From: Parvularcula sp. IMCC14364
GTDB taxonomy: Bacteria; Pseudomonadota; Alphaproteobacteria; Caulobacterales; Parvularculaceae
NCBI RefSeq assembly: GCF_030758415.1
Contig: NZ_CP132334.1
Location: forward strand, 3,273,118 to 3,297,117
Reading direction: 5' to 3'
Length of the DNA stretch: 24,000 nucleotides
Below the pieces are notes generated by a model. The model did no database searches. It saw only the letters and a list, made by a program, of their open reading frames with translations, and was not told the DNA's origin. The translations under genes were made by a program, and so were the position numbers. Of this stretch, positions 1 to 8,683 are shown in pieces. Position 1 is the first letter of the stretch, and every line of letters starts with the position of its first letter.

Positions 1-356
1 TCGTAGACAGAGCGCTTTCGAGAATACGCGCATCTGATGTCATGGGGCGTATCGGGGGAGAAGAGTTCGTGATTTTTTGCCCGGATACAAATTGTGATCA
101 GGCTGCCGTAGTAGCAGAAAAAATACGCAAAGTCGTGGAAGGTACGCCCTACAAGGATGGCCCTCTGGATATAAGGGTCACCTGCAGTTTTGGTATTTTC
201 GCCATGCTACCAGGAAAGAATCCCTGCCCGACACACTACATTGATCGGGCAGATGAAGGTCTGTACGCAGCAAAGCGTGATGGCCGCAACAGGGTCAGGA
301 TAAACAGGCTGCCGGCTGAAACTGTGCCCCAGATTACAAAATCTGCGGCAGCCTGA
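1..356 (+). CDS. GGDEF-domain diguanylate cyclase, C-terminal part (5' end outside the window)
   Basis: The frame of ORF 42..356 stays open back to nt 3 (VDRALSRIRASDVMGRIGGEEF). It has the GGEEF active-site motif, with RASD (RxxD I-site) five residues upstream. The YAAKRDGRNRV tail is typical of GGDEF domains. Stop TGA at 354-356. Confidence 0.85.
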   Translation, partial: VDRALSRIRASDVMGRIGGEEFVIFCPDTNCDQAAVVAEKIRKVVEGTPYKDGPLDIRVTCSFGIFAMLPGKNPCPTHYIDRADEGLYAAKRDGRNRVRINRLPAETVPQITKSAAA

Positions 357-359
357 CAG

Positions 360-1229
360 TTAGTCTTTATTATCAATCTTGTCCTGCGTGCGGTGTTCGA
401 AATCAGTCGCGTCGTGCCGTTCATGCAGCTGGGTTTCTGGCTCGCCCCAAGCTCGATTAACGATACGCCCACGCTTCACGGCTGGTCTTTGCGCAATCAT
501 GTCTGTCCAGCGCATGACATTCTTGTATTCATGAGTTTGCAGGAATTCAGCAGCATCGTAGACCTTGTTCGCAGCCAGTCCGCCATACCACGGCCAGATG
601 GCCATGTCTGCGATGGTATACTGATCACCGGAGATGTATTCGTTATCTGCCAGCTGGCGATCCAGAACATCCAGTTGACGTTTTACTTCCATGGAAAAGC
701 GGTCAATGCAGTATTCAATCTTGATGGGGGCGTAGGCATAAAAATGGCCAAAGCCGCCGCCGAGATATGGCGCAGATCCCATCTGCCAGAACAGCCAGTT
801 AAGTGTTTCGGTTCTGCCTCTGGCATCGGAGGGCAGGAAGGCGTCAAATTTTTCTGCGAGGTAGAGAAGGATCGCGCCAGATTCGAAAACGCGTTGCGGG
901 GTATCGCCAGAGCGGTCAACCAGCGCCGGTATCTTGGAATTCGGATTTGCTTCAACGAAGCCTGAACCGAACTGGTCACCATCACTGATATTGACCAGCC
1001 AGGCATCATATTCTGCATCCTTATGACCGGCTGCGAGTAATTCTTCCAGCAATACTGTTACCTTCACACCATTAGGTGTCGCCATGGAATAGAGCTGAAG
1101 GGGATGTTTGCCGGCTGGGAGCTCCTTGTTGTGGGTGGCACCCGCCACGGGACGGTTTATATTGGCGAAACGCCCGCCGCTTTCTTTGTCCCATGTCCAG
1201 ATCTTGGGCGGGGTATATGCTTCGGTCAT
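360..1229 (-). CDS. yghU: Nu-class glutathione S-transferase, YghU-like
   Basis: The protein is near-colinear with my recollection of E. coli YghU. Shared stretches include PPKIWTWDKESGGRFANINRPVAGATH, GKHPLQLYS, GDQFGSGFVEANPNSKIPAL, GGGFGHFYAYAP and HERHDATDFE. A GGAG lies 7 nt before the ATG at 1229, so I prefer that start to the ATG at 1235. Confidence 0.9.
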   Translation of the reverse strand: MTEAYTPPKIWTWDKESGGRFANINRPVAGATHNKELPAGKHPLQLYSMATPNGVKVTVLLEELLAAGHKDAEYDAWLVNISDGDQFGSGFVEANPNSKIPALVDRSGDTPQRVFESGAILLYLAEKFDAFLPSDARGRTETLNWLFWQMGSAPYLGGGFGHFYAYAPIKIEYCIDRFSMEVKRQLDVLDRQLADNEYISGDQYTIADMAIWPWYGGLAANKVYDAAEFLQTHEYKNVMRWTDMIAQRPAVKRGRIVNRAWGEPETQLHERHDATDFEHRTQDKIDNKD

Positions 1230-1393
1230 GTTCATGCTCCGTGATTTGCGACTGCAAGTTGGTTAGCCAGTTTCTGGATAAAACAATAAATGCATAAATG
1301 CTATTCACGGCTTCGTGTCACTACTGCAGCAGCGCATTGACGCGCTGTTCCTCATCGGTAACTCATGAGAGCGCAGTCAGCCGAGGAAAAATA

Positions 1394-2500
1394 ATGACCC
1401 AAACCCTGTTCTCGCCTTTCAAAATCAAGTCTCTCAACCTGCCAAACAGGATTGTCATGGCGCCCATGACCCGCAGCTTTTCGCCAGGGGGCGTCCCAGG
1501 CCAGGATGTGGCTGACTATTATGCACGGCGTGCCAAAGGGGAAGTCGGGTTGATTGTTACCGAAGGAACAACAGTTGATCGCGGCGGCGCTTCCAACGAT
1601 CCAAAAATACCGAACTTCCATGACGAAGCTGCGTTAAAGGGATGGGCCGGCGTTGTGGAGGCTGTACACGCGGAAGGTGGCCATATCGCGCCACAGATCT
1701 GGCATCAGGGCATGATGCGCAAGCCAGGCACGGGGCCGCACCCTGAAGCGCCTTCTGATGGTCCTTCCGGGATTACCCATAAAGGCAAGAAAGTGCAGGA
1801 AGCGCCAACGGAAGCAGAAGTTACAGATATGGTCCTGGCCTATGCGAAGGCAGCCGGTGATGCCAAAAGATTGGGGTTCGATTGTGTCGAGATACACGGA
1901 GCGCATGGATACCTCATCGATCAGTTTCTCTGGGGACAGATGAATATTCGGCAGGATCGTTTTGGTGGGGCCCTGCCAGAGCGGGCGACTTTCGCTGCTG
2001 ACATAATCCGTGAAATACGCGCAGCTGTTGGTCAGGACTTTCCGATCATCCTGCGATTTTCGCAATGGAAGCAGCAAGATTATGAGGCGCGCCTTGCTGA
2101 CGCGCCAGAAGAGATGGAAGAATTTCTCAAGGTCTTTGCTGATGCAGGTGTGGACGTACTGCATTGTTCGCAGCGCCGGTACTGGGAGCCAGAGTTTCCA
2201 GAGGTAGACGGAGAGAAAGGTTTGAATTGTGCTGGCTGGGCAAAGAAACTGACGGGTCTCCCGACAATTACTGTTGGGTCTGTTGGTTTGTCTGCAGATT
2301 TCTTCACAGCCTTTGCTGGCCAAGGGTCAGGGCAACGCGCCCTTGATGATCTGGAGGAAAGACTTGCTAAAGATGAGTTTGATTTGGTTGCTGTCGGGCG
2401 GGCATTGTTACAGGACCCGGATTGGGCACAGAAGATCAAGCACGGAAAAGCGGACGAACTGCAGGATTATGATCCAAAATCTGTGATGATGCTTACCTGA
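1394..2500 (+). CDS. NADH:flavin oxidoreductase, Old Yellow Enzyme family
   Basis: Oxidored_FMN-type motifs are present: FSPFKIKSLNLPNRIVMAPMTR, GLIVTEGT, HAEGGHIAPQIWHQG and FDCVEIHGAHGYLIDQFL. I prefer the ATG at 1394, which follows GAGGA at 1384-1388. The 32 extra codons from 1298 look non-coding. Confidence 0.88.
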   Translation: MTQTLFSPFKIKSLNLPNRIVMAPMTRSFSPGGVPGQDVADYYARRAKGEVGLIVTEGTTVDRGGASNDPKIPNFHDEAALKGWAGVVEAVHAEGGHIAPQIWHQGMMRKPGTGPHPEAPSDGPSGITHKGKKVQEAPTEAEVTDMVLAYAKAAGDAKRLGFDCVEIHGAHGYLIDQFLWGQMNIRQDRFGGALPERATFAADIIREIRAAVGQDFPIILRFSQWKQQDYEARLADAPEEMEEFLKVFADAGVDVLHCSQRRYWEPEFPEVDGEKGLNCAGWAKKLTGLPTITVGSVGLSADFFTAFAGQGSGQRALDDLEERLAKDEFDLVAVGRALLQDPDWAQKIKHGKADELQDYDPKSVMMLT

Positions 2501-2578
2501 TAATTTTATGACTGCATCGGGCTATGTCATAAAATCTCCCGCAATAGAGCAACCAACTCGTAAATGCGGCGTTTATTA

Positions 2579-2598
2579 GGGTGTGGACTCAATTGATC
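2579..2598. repeat. IS left terminal inverted repeat
   Basis: GGGTGTGGACTCAATTGATC pairs with the reverse complement of 3393-3412. Confidence 0.7.
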
Positions 2599-3337
2599 CA
2601 GCATTTTGCTGCGAAGAGATATATCATGTTGATGAAGTTCCTTCGAGATTTCTCGAACCGTGTAGCCAGCCGTCTCATGTCTTTCATTTTGCAGAAGAAC
2701 CGCTCGACAATATTACGCATGGCGTAAAGGCTGGTGTCATGCGGGACCGGATTGCGCGCATTGGACTTGGCGGGAATAACCGCCAACGCACCTTCATCGG
2801 CGATATCGCGCCTGATCTTCGCACTGCCATAGGCTTTGTCCAGGACCATCGCCAGAGGCGGCATCTCCCAGTCGAGGAAGACATTCATCACCTGGCTGTC
2901 ATGAACATGGCCGCCAGTGACCTCAATGCGCAATGGCCTGCCATTTTCATCTACGGCCACGTGAACTTTGCTTGTGCGACCGCCCCGTGAGCGTCCAATA
3001 TCTTCCGCCAGTTCCCCCTTTTTGAGCCACTCGCTGCGCGGTGAGCTTTGACAATCGAGGCGTCTATGAAGATCAGACTGTCCTCACATTCTTCAGCGAG
3101 CGCATCGAATATGCCCTTCCAGACGCCGCGCTCGCCCCACCTGTTATACCGATTGTAAGCAGTCGTGTACGGTCCATATCGTTCCGGCAAGTCCCGCCAT
3201 GGCGCGCCTGTGCGCAAAATGTAAAAGATGCCGTTCAGGATCGTACGATCATCTTTGCGCTTCGGGCCGCGGCTAACCTTTGGCAACAACGGTTCAATCA
3301 CCGCCCATTCTTCATCCGACAAATCAAACCGCGCCAT
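2589..3337 (-). CDS. IS5/IS427-group DDE transposase, orfA-orfB joined by a presumed programmed -1 frameshift
   Basis: orfA (3337..2951) begins MARFDLSDEEWAVIEPLLP and contains NGIFYILRTGAPWRDLPERYGPYTTAYNRYNRW. Shifting -1 at the AAAAAGGGGG run gives KKGELAEDIGRSRGGRTSKVHVAVDENGRPLRIEVTGGHVHD. That reading continues into orfB (to 2589), which contains VLDKAYGS and VERFFCKMK. Confidence 0.85.
3014..3023 (-). promoter_or_regulatory. Putative -1 ribosomal frameshift (slippery) site of the IS transposase
   Basis: The minus strand reads TCA AAA AGG GGG in the orfA frame. It sits exactly where the orfB frame becomes the homologous one. Confidence 0.55.
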
Positions 3338-3392
3338 TTAAGACTCCCTTTCGGAAATCCCTGAATCACGCTTTGCACAAACAAATCAATCA

Positions 3393-3412
3393 GTTAAATT
3401 GGGTACAGACCC
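3393..3412. repeat. IS right terminal inverted repeat
   Basis: The reverse complement is GGGTCTGTACCCAATTTAAC. It is followed by TA, matching the TA before the left end. Confidence 0.7.
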
Positions 3413-3521
3413 TAGGTAGCCGGGAAGTGGTGGGGCTTTACTTGTGTATGCATCAATCACGCTCGGTTAGGTCATCGGCTCACGCTGGTGATATACAGAT
3501 AAATAACCGGAAGGATTTATA

Positions 3522-3683
3522 ATGTTACGCTTATCAATTGCATTCTTTCTTGTCGCCATATTGGCTGCATTTCTTGGGTTCAGCGGCATTGCGGGTGCCT
3601 CAGCAGGCATCGCACAAATATTGTTCTTTGTATTTCTGGTGCTTTTTGTCGTTTCGCTCTTGTTCGGCAGGTCGAGAGTCTAA
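3522..3683 (+). CDS. DUF1328 / UPF0391 family small membrane protein (53 aa)
   Basis: This gene is absent from the ORF track because it is under 60 aa. The ATG at 3522 follows GGAAGGA at 3509-3515. Translation is [53 protein letters not shown]. It contains the characteristic LGFxGIAGxxAGIAxILFF core. Stop TAA at 3681-3683. Confidence 0.8.
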   Translation: MLRLSIAFFLVAILAAFLGFSGIAGASAGIAQILFFVFLVLFVVSLLFGRSRV

Positions 3684-3701
3684 GATTTTCATTCAATATT
3701 C

Positions 3702-3734
3702 AAAACGGACACTTAAATCAGTGTCCGTTTTTTT
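3702..3734. terminator. Bidirectional rho-independent terminator between the DUF1328 and BLUF genes
   Basis: The stem is ACGGACAC (3705-3712) paired with GTGTCCGT (3721-3728), with an 8-nt loop. A T-run follows at 3729-3734, and the A-run at 3702-3705 supplies U residues on the other strand. Confidence 0.8.
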
Positions 3735-4146
3735 ATGCCTTGAGCGTAATAAAATATTCAAAAATCCGGCGCACATGACCCGGTGCGTCTGCAAGGACTT
3801 CTGGTTCATATTTTGCGATTTCTGACTCAAGGCTGGTGTCTGTTTGTGCTGGCCCATATTTGTGAGAAACGCCGAGCCCCCAGTTCGTAAAACAGCGCTG
3901 CTCGATATCCTCATTAAGTATGGTGCTTACAGCGCAGTGCCGGTCATCATGGACAATGCGCATATAAAGGGGATCAAGAACCTGCTTTTCACCTTCGAGC
4001 ACCTGAAGGAAGTTCAGGCCGTTATAGAGCAGATGACCGCCAATCCTGTTCTCATTGTTAAACATCGCAGCAACTCGGACGATCTCCTTGATATCAGAGA
4101 TGTCCAGTTCTTCTCCAGCAGTTGATATATAAATTATTCTACGCAT
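3733..4146 (-). CDS. Short BLUF-domain blue-light (FAD) photoreceptor
   Basis: Colinear with the AppA/PixD BLUF core. Matching segments are RRIIYIS (Tyr), FNNENRIGGHLLY (Asn), FLQVLEG (Gln), DDRH and FTNWGLG (Trp). I prefer the ATG at 4146, which has AAGGA about 10 nt upstream. The ORF-track start at 4197 is a TTG. Confidence 0.85.
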   Translation of the reverse strand: MRRIIYISTAGEELDISDIKEIVRVAAMFNNENRIGGHLLYNGLNFLQVLEGEKQVLDPLYMRIVHDDRHCAVSTILNEDIEQRCFTNWGLGVSHKYGPAQTDTSLESEIAKYEPEVLADAPGHVRRIFEYFITLKA

Positions 4147-4389
4147 TTTGTCTGTATCCTTGGCCTCGCGAAAGGCAATGCGGCTGCGTGCCTGCAATCA
4201 TTGATTACCGGTTCAGCTTCATTGCTATGATTTGCCCGCGCCGGGCCTCTTTCCGCTATCCCCCAAAACCACTATAGGAGTGACGGACAAGGCAGGCCAT
4301 TAACATGTGATGACTCCAAGGGCATTTGTGCGTCTGCTTTTAGGCTCTCAGTGATTGAACATTGAGGCAAGGCTAATAACGAGGTTCAC

Positions 4390-6282
4390 ATGACTGATTT
4401 CCTTCTGCTTTCCTTCATCTTCCTCGTGGCCGGTGTTTTATCAGTACCCATAGCATCAAGATTAGGCTTGGGATCAGTGTTGGGATACCTCATTGCCGGG
4501 ATTGTTATCAGCCCGCTACTTTCCCTGCTCGGCGTAGATTTGGTCTCAATTCAGCACTTTGCGGAGTTTGGCGTTGTTATGATGCTGTTTCTGGTTGGAT
4601 TGGAGCTTGAGCCGAAGATGCTCTGGTCCATGCGTGGCAGATTGCTGGGGCTCGGTGGGGGGCAGATTGTCCTGACCACAGCTGTAATCATGTTGATTGC
4701 CATGAGTATGGGGCAACCTTGGCATTTTGCGTTGGCAATCGGGTTGGTTTTGGCACTTTCGTCAACAGCCATTGTTCTGCAAACGCTTAATGAAAAAGGA
4801 TTGATGCGCAGCGATGGGGGGCAGGCAAGCTTCTCTGTTTTATTGTTCCAGGATATTGCCGTTATTCCGATCTTGGCACTTTTGCCCCTGCTCGCCATGC
4901 CAGAGCTGATGGCAGATTTTGCGGCTGGCACCAGTGCAGGGCATGGGCCTACCGCTTACGCTGGTACAGATCATGGAGGTGGGGGACACAGTAGTGGTAT
5001 GAGTCTGGTGGCTGGCCTTAACGGGTGGCAAACAGCCGCAGTTAACATTGCTGCTATTGCCGCTGTAATTCTGGGTGGGAATTATCTTGCACGACCCTTG
5101 TTTCGGTTCGTTGCCGCGGCCCAACTGCGGGAGCTTTTTACGGCTCTTGCACTTCTTGTTGTCGTGGGCATCGCTCTTTTAATGACTCTGGTCGGTCTCT
5201 CACCAGCCCTGGGCACATTCCTAGCTGGTGTGGTGTTGGCAAACAGCGAATACCGGCATGAGTTGGAGGCCGACATTGACCCCTTTCGCGGCCTCCTCTT
5301 GGGATTGTTTTTCATTACGGTTGGTGCAGGAATGAATTTTCTCCTCATGTTTGAGAACATAACCTTCATTCTTGCCTGTACAGCGGGATTGATCCTGTTG
5401 AAGGGTGCAATCCTGCTTTTATTGGCGCGTATTTTTAATGTCGCTGGTGCAGATAAATGGCTCTTTGCACTGGGGTTGGCGCAAGCTGGCGAGTTTGGCT
5501 TTGTACTCGTTTCTTTCACCACTTCGGGAGGAATCCTGCCGGATGTGCTGGGCGATCAGTTACTTCTTATTATTACACTCTCTATGCTGATTACGCCGTT
5601 GCTGTTTATCTTTTACGAAAAAGTGATCGTCACAGGCGCGACAAAGGGGCCGGCGCCGGAAGCAGATGAGATAACGGAACAAAGCCCGATTATCATCGCT
5701 GGATGCGGGCGTATGGGCGGTATTATTAACAACATGCTTGTGACAGCTGGATATCAGACCACTGTTATTGACTATTCTTCGAAGCAGCTGGAGGCTTTGC
5801 GGAAAATCAACGTACCAGTTTTTTTCGGAGACGCCACGAGGCCGGATTTGCTGGAGGCAGCTGGTATCAATAAGGCAAAGTTGCTCATCGTTGCTATTGA
5901 TAACAAGGATCAGATTACGGAGCTTGTGAAGCATATGGAAGCACACCACCCGAAGGTGCATGTCATTGCCCGGGCAGTGGATAGAAGCCATGTATTTGAG
6001 CTTTGGTATGCGGGCTGCCGGGACATTATCCGGGAGACATATGACGGCTCCAAGCGGATCAGCAGATCTGCGTTCGAGGCATTGGGCATTGAACGGGAGA
6101 AGGCGCAAGCAATGGTCGATGTCATGGAGGAGATGGATCGCGGGACAATGCGCGAAACTGCTGAGCACTATATTCCGGGCATGCCTTGGCATGAAAATGA
6201 AGCTATGGTCAAACGCATCCGCGAGATGCGTGAGCCATGGCGCGCGGAGGTGAGGAAAAGGCTGGAGGAAATCCTGAAGTAA
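4390..6282 (+). CDS. CPA2-family K+ efflux / cation:proton antiporter, KefB/KefC-like, with a C-terminal RCK (TrkA-N) domain
   Basis: The N-terminal part is a multi-TM Na_H exchanger-like domain, with HFAEFGVVMMLFLVGLELE and LLFQDIAVIP. The C-terminal part is a Rossmann KTN domain (IIIAGCGRMGG, FFGDATRPDLLEAAGI, LIVAID). Confidence 0.85.
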   Translation: MTDFLLLSFIFLVAGVLSVPIASRLGLGSVLGYLIAGIVISPLLSLLGVDLVSIQHFAEFGVVMMLFLVGLELEPKMLWSMRGRLLGLGGGQIVLTTAVIMLIAMSMGQPWHFALAIGLVLALSSTAIVLQTLNEKGLMRSDGGQASFSVLLFQDIAVIPILALLPLLAMPELMADFAAGTSAGHGPTAYAGTDHGGGGHSSGMSLVAGLNGWQTAAVNIAAIAAVILGGNYLARPLFRFVAAAQLRELFTALALLVVVGIALLMTLVGLSPALGTFLAGVVLANSEYRHELEADIDPFRGLLLGLFFITVGAGMNFLLMFENITFILACTAGLILLKGAILLLLARIFNVAGADKWLFALGLAQAGEFGFVLVSFTTSGGILPDVLGDQLLLIITLSMLITPLLFIFYEKVIVTGATKGPAPEADEITEQSPIIIAGCGRMGGIINNMLVTAGYQTTVIDYSSKQLEALRKINVPVFFGDATRPDLLEAAGINKAKLLIVAIDNKDQITELVKHMEAHHPKVHVIARAVDRSHVFELWYAGCRDIIRETYDGSKRISRSAFEALGIEREKAQAMVDVMEEMDRGTMRETAEHYIPGMPWHENEAMVKRIREMREPWRAEVRKRLEEILK

Positions 6283-6322
6283 CAGCTTTGAAGATGCGTG
6301 TTACGCGCAACTGATAATACAG

Positions 6323-7378
6323 TTACTGATTACCCAGCGCAAAGGCATCGTCAACTTGTTGCTCACATGCGGCTATGGATGTATCGAGTTTGTCAAGCCA
6401 TTGCGTGCCGTATTTCTCACTATACCAGCCGCGCATCCCGCTCGTGGCCTCTTGAAACAGACGCTTTTCCTCCGGAGACAGGGCATAGACTTCTCCGCCT
6501 GCTTCGCGAAAAGTTTCATAGGCTTCAATCTGGCGACGCATTGGAATGGCGCGTGTGACTGTTTTCAGGTGCTGGAATCCATCGAAGACCTGCCGTCTTA
6601 TGTCCGGTGGCAGTTCTTGCCAGTTTTTGTCAGAGTACCACCATAAGGCTCCCATGTAAGCATGGCCGTCGAGTGTGATAAATTTCACATGCTCATGAAA
6701 ATTCATGCCAACAATATCCTGGATGCCATTCTTGGTTCCTTCCACCACTCCAGTCGCCAAGGCTGTGTATAATTCTGCCCAGGAAACGGGTGTGGGGTTT
6801 GCGCCCAATTGCCGCATCAGTTCTTGCTGGATCGGGGCGGAAGTTGTCCTGACCTTCAGACCACGTAAATCTTCAGGCCTTTGAATTTGTGTACTGGTGG
6901 TCGCAAAATTACGCCAGCCGCCAGTATTGGATACCGCCATCAGGCGCAGCCCCAGGTTCTCGGCAAGAATGGTTTTGCGTAAATCATCCACAATTGGACC
7001 ATCAAAAACACATTCGGCTACCCGGTCGTCGCGGAAGACGTAAGGCAGGTCGAAAACCTGGCCGGGGCCATAAATGTTCCCCATGCCGCCAATTGTGGTC
7101 ATGAAAACATCCAGAACACCTGATTGCATATTCTCAATGCACTCACGTTCATTACCGCAAAACTGCCCATAGGTGAAAATATCGACTTCCACACGACCGT
7201 TCGCGCGTGCTTCAACATAATCCTTGAACACGAGTGCGCCGTCATAATCTTCATCCGCCTCTGACCCAAGAATACCTATACGGATTGTATAAGGGGCTGT
7301 TTCAGCTGCACTGAAATACACCCCAAAGGTGCAGAAGGCTGCGATCAGGAGCAGAAAGAAACTTTTGAGACGTATCAT
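6323..7378 (-). CDS. dctP: TRAP transporter substrate-binding protein (DctP family)
   Basis: It has an N-terminal signal peptide (MIRLKSFFLLLIAAFCTFGVYFSAAE). It is the last gene of a Q-M-P operon. Its length and alpha/beta-type sequence fit the DctP family. Confidence 0.8.
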   Translation of the reverse strand: MIRLKSFFLLLIAAFCTFGVYFSAAETAPYTIRIGILGSEADEDYDGALVFKDYVEARANGRVEVDIFTYGQFCGNERECIENMQSGVLDVFMTTIGGMGNIYGPGQVFDLPYVFRDDRVAECVFDGPIVDDLRKTILAENLGLRLMAVSNTGGWRNFATTSTQIQRPEDLRGLKVRTTSAPIQQELMRQLGANPTPVSWAELYTALATGVVEGTKNGIQDIVGMNFHEHVKFITLDGHAYMGALWWYSDKNWQELPPDIRRQVFDGFQHLKTVTRAIPMRRQIEAYETFREAGGEVYALSPEEKRLFQEATSGMRGWYSEKYGTQWLDKLDTSIAACEQQVDDAFALGNQ

Positions 7379-7390
7379 ATTTATTCAACC

Positions 7391-8677
7391 TTATGCATAG
7401 CCCAACAAGCGTGGCAAAGTGAGTGACAGGGCAGGGAACATTGTGATCGCAATGATGACGGCAACCTCTACCGCCAGGAATGGCAGCATTTCCAGCGCTA
7501 TTGATTCCGGCTTTTCGCCAGAGACAGACGAGGCAACAAACAGGACAAGACCCATTGGCGGTGTTATCAGCCCCACAGTTACATTCACACACATGACGAT
7601 AGCAAAATGCATGGGATCAACGCCCATACTCACCATCAGGGGAGCAAGAACAGGCCCAAGTATCAGGATGGCAGGCCCGGCATCCAGGAACATGCCTACT
7701 ACGAATAAAAAGAGGTTTATCAGCAGCAGGAGTACCAGCACATTGCTACTCATACCTGACAAACCTTCAGCCATGCTGCCGGCCATACCCGATACTGTAA
7801 TAATCCAGGCAAAGGTGACAGCGGCTCCAACCAGCAGAAGAATGACAGCTGACTGTGCGGCGGCGTTCACAAAAATACGCGGTAAGTCACTGGCGCTTAT
7901 GGTCCGCATAATGAAATATGATACAAAAAGAGCATAGGTTGCGGCAACCGCTGCAGCTTCAGTTGGCGTGAAGATGCCGCTCAAAATTCCACCCAGCAGG
8001 ATAACTGGTGTCATGAGAGCTGGCAGTGTCTGAAAAAAAGTAAGTCGACGTTCCGTCCAGGTGGCGCGTTTGTTTGCCACAGGATAATTCCTTTTCTTGG
8101 CAAGAAAGAACGTGACCAGCATCAGGCCACCACCGATCAGGATGCCAGGAACAATGCCTGCAGCAAACAAACCTGCCACAGATACGTTCATTACAAAGGC
8201 ATATAGGATCATAATTCCCGAAGGAGGAACTATGGGGCCTATGACGGATGAGGCGGCAGTTACAGCCGCTGCAAATCGCGTGGAATAGCCCGCTTTTTCC
8301 ATTGCGGGAATCAGCATCTTGCCAAGTGCCGATGTGTCAGCAACGGCTGAGCCGGAAAGGCCAGCGAACAGAATTGAAGAAATGATGTTCACCTGTGCAA
8401 GCCCCCCGCGCACATGGCCGATGATGCTTTGCGCAAAGCGCACCAGCGCTTTGGTCACACCACCGGTGTTCATCACTTCTCCGGCCAGAATAAAGAAGGG
8501 CACAGCCATTAGCGGGAAGGAGTCCATGCCGTTGTAGAGTCGGGATAGCAGGGATGTGTAGAATTCTTCCTGACCGTCAATGGTAAGGCTGAGCCCTGGT
8601 GCGATCAGCAGGGCAAAGACAATCGGTGCGCCTGCCGCGAGAAGAAAAAGGAAGATCCAGAAATAGGCAAGTGACAT
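7391..8677 (-). CDS. dctM: TRAP transporter large permease (DctM family)
   Basis: A 428-aa polytopic membrane protein with typical DctM stretches (FPLMAVPFFILAGEVMNTGG, LFAGLSGSAVADT). It starts 7 nt after the dctQ stop. Confidence 0.88.
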   Translation of the reverse strand: MSLAYFWIFLFLLAAGAPIVFALLIAPGLSLTIDGQEEFYTSLLSRLYNGMDSFPLMAVPFFILAGEVMNTGGVTKALVRFAQSIIGHVRGGLAQVNIISSILFAGLSGSAVADTSALGKMLIPAMEKAGYSTRFAAAVTAASSVIGPIVPPSGIMILYAFVMNVSVAGLFAAGIVPGILIGGGLMLVTFFLAKKRNYPVANKRATWTERRLTFFQTLPALMTPVILLGGILSGIFTPTEAAAVAATYALFVSYFIMRTISASDLPRIFVNAAAQSAVILLLVGAAVTFAWIITVSGMAGSMAEGLSGMSSNVLVLLLLINLFLFVVGMFLDAGPAILILGPVLAPLMVSMGVDPMHFAIVMCVNVTVGLITPPMGLVLFVASSVSGEKPESIALEMLPFLAVEVAVIIAITMFPALSLTLPRLLGYA

Positions 8678-8683
8678 AGCTGA

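Larger units (their letters stand above)
2579..3412 (-). mobile_element. Insertion sequence, IS5 family (IS427-group-like), apparently intact
   Basis: The element is 834 bp and is bounded by imperfect inverted repeats. These are GGGTGTGGACTCAATTGATC at 2579-2598 and the reverse complement of 3393-3412, GGGTCTGTACCCAATTTAAC. I align 15 of 20 positions by hand. TA flanks both ends (2577-2578 and 3413-3414). Two overlapping transposase ORFs lie inside. Confidence 0.85.

Noticed and set aside
1634-2323. Long antisense or alternative-frame ORFs inside well-supported genes. Examples are 1634..2323(-), 393..965(+), 5560..6192(-), 7419..7937(+), 15940..16362(+), 16752..17336(-) and 22137..22616(+).
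   Set aside because: Each lies entirely within a gene whose product has clear family motifs. Their translations are low-complexity and Arg/Ser/Pro-rich, typical of shadow ORFs. None has a convincing SD.
2503-2535. A 10-bp inverted repeat, ATTTTATGAC...GTCATAAAAT, just after the oxidoreductase stop. I considered it as a terminator.
   Set aside because: The stem is AT-rich, the loop is 13 nt, and no T-tract follows (CTCCCGC). It may still be a weak structure or a protein binding site, but I cannot support a terminator call.
3538-3825. A 95-aa plus-strand ORF from the track that overlaps the DUF1328 region.
   Set aside because: It is an alternative frame of the 53-aa DUF1328 gene and runs through the terminator hairpin. 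The DUF1328 frame has the SD and a family-typical sequence.
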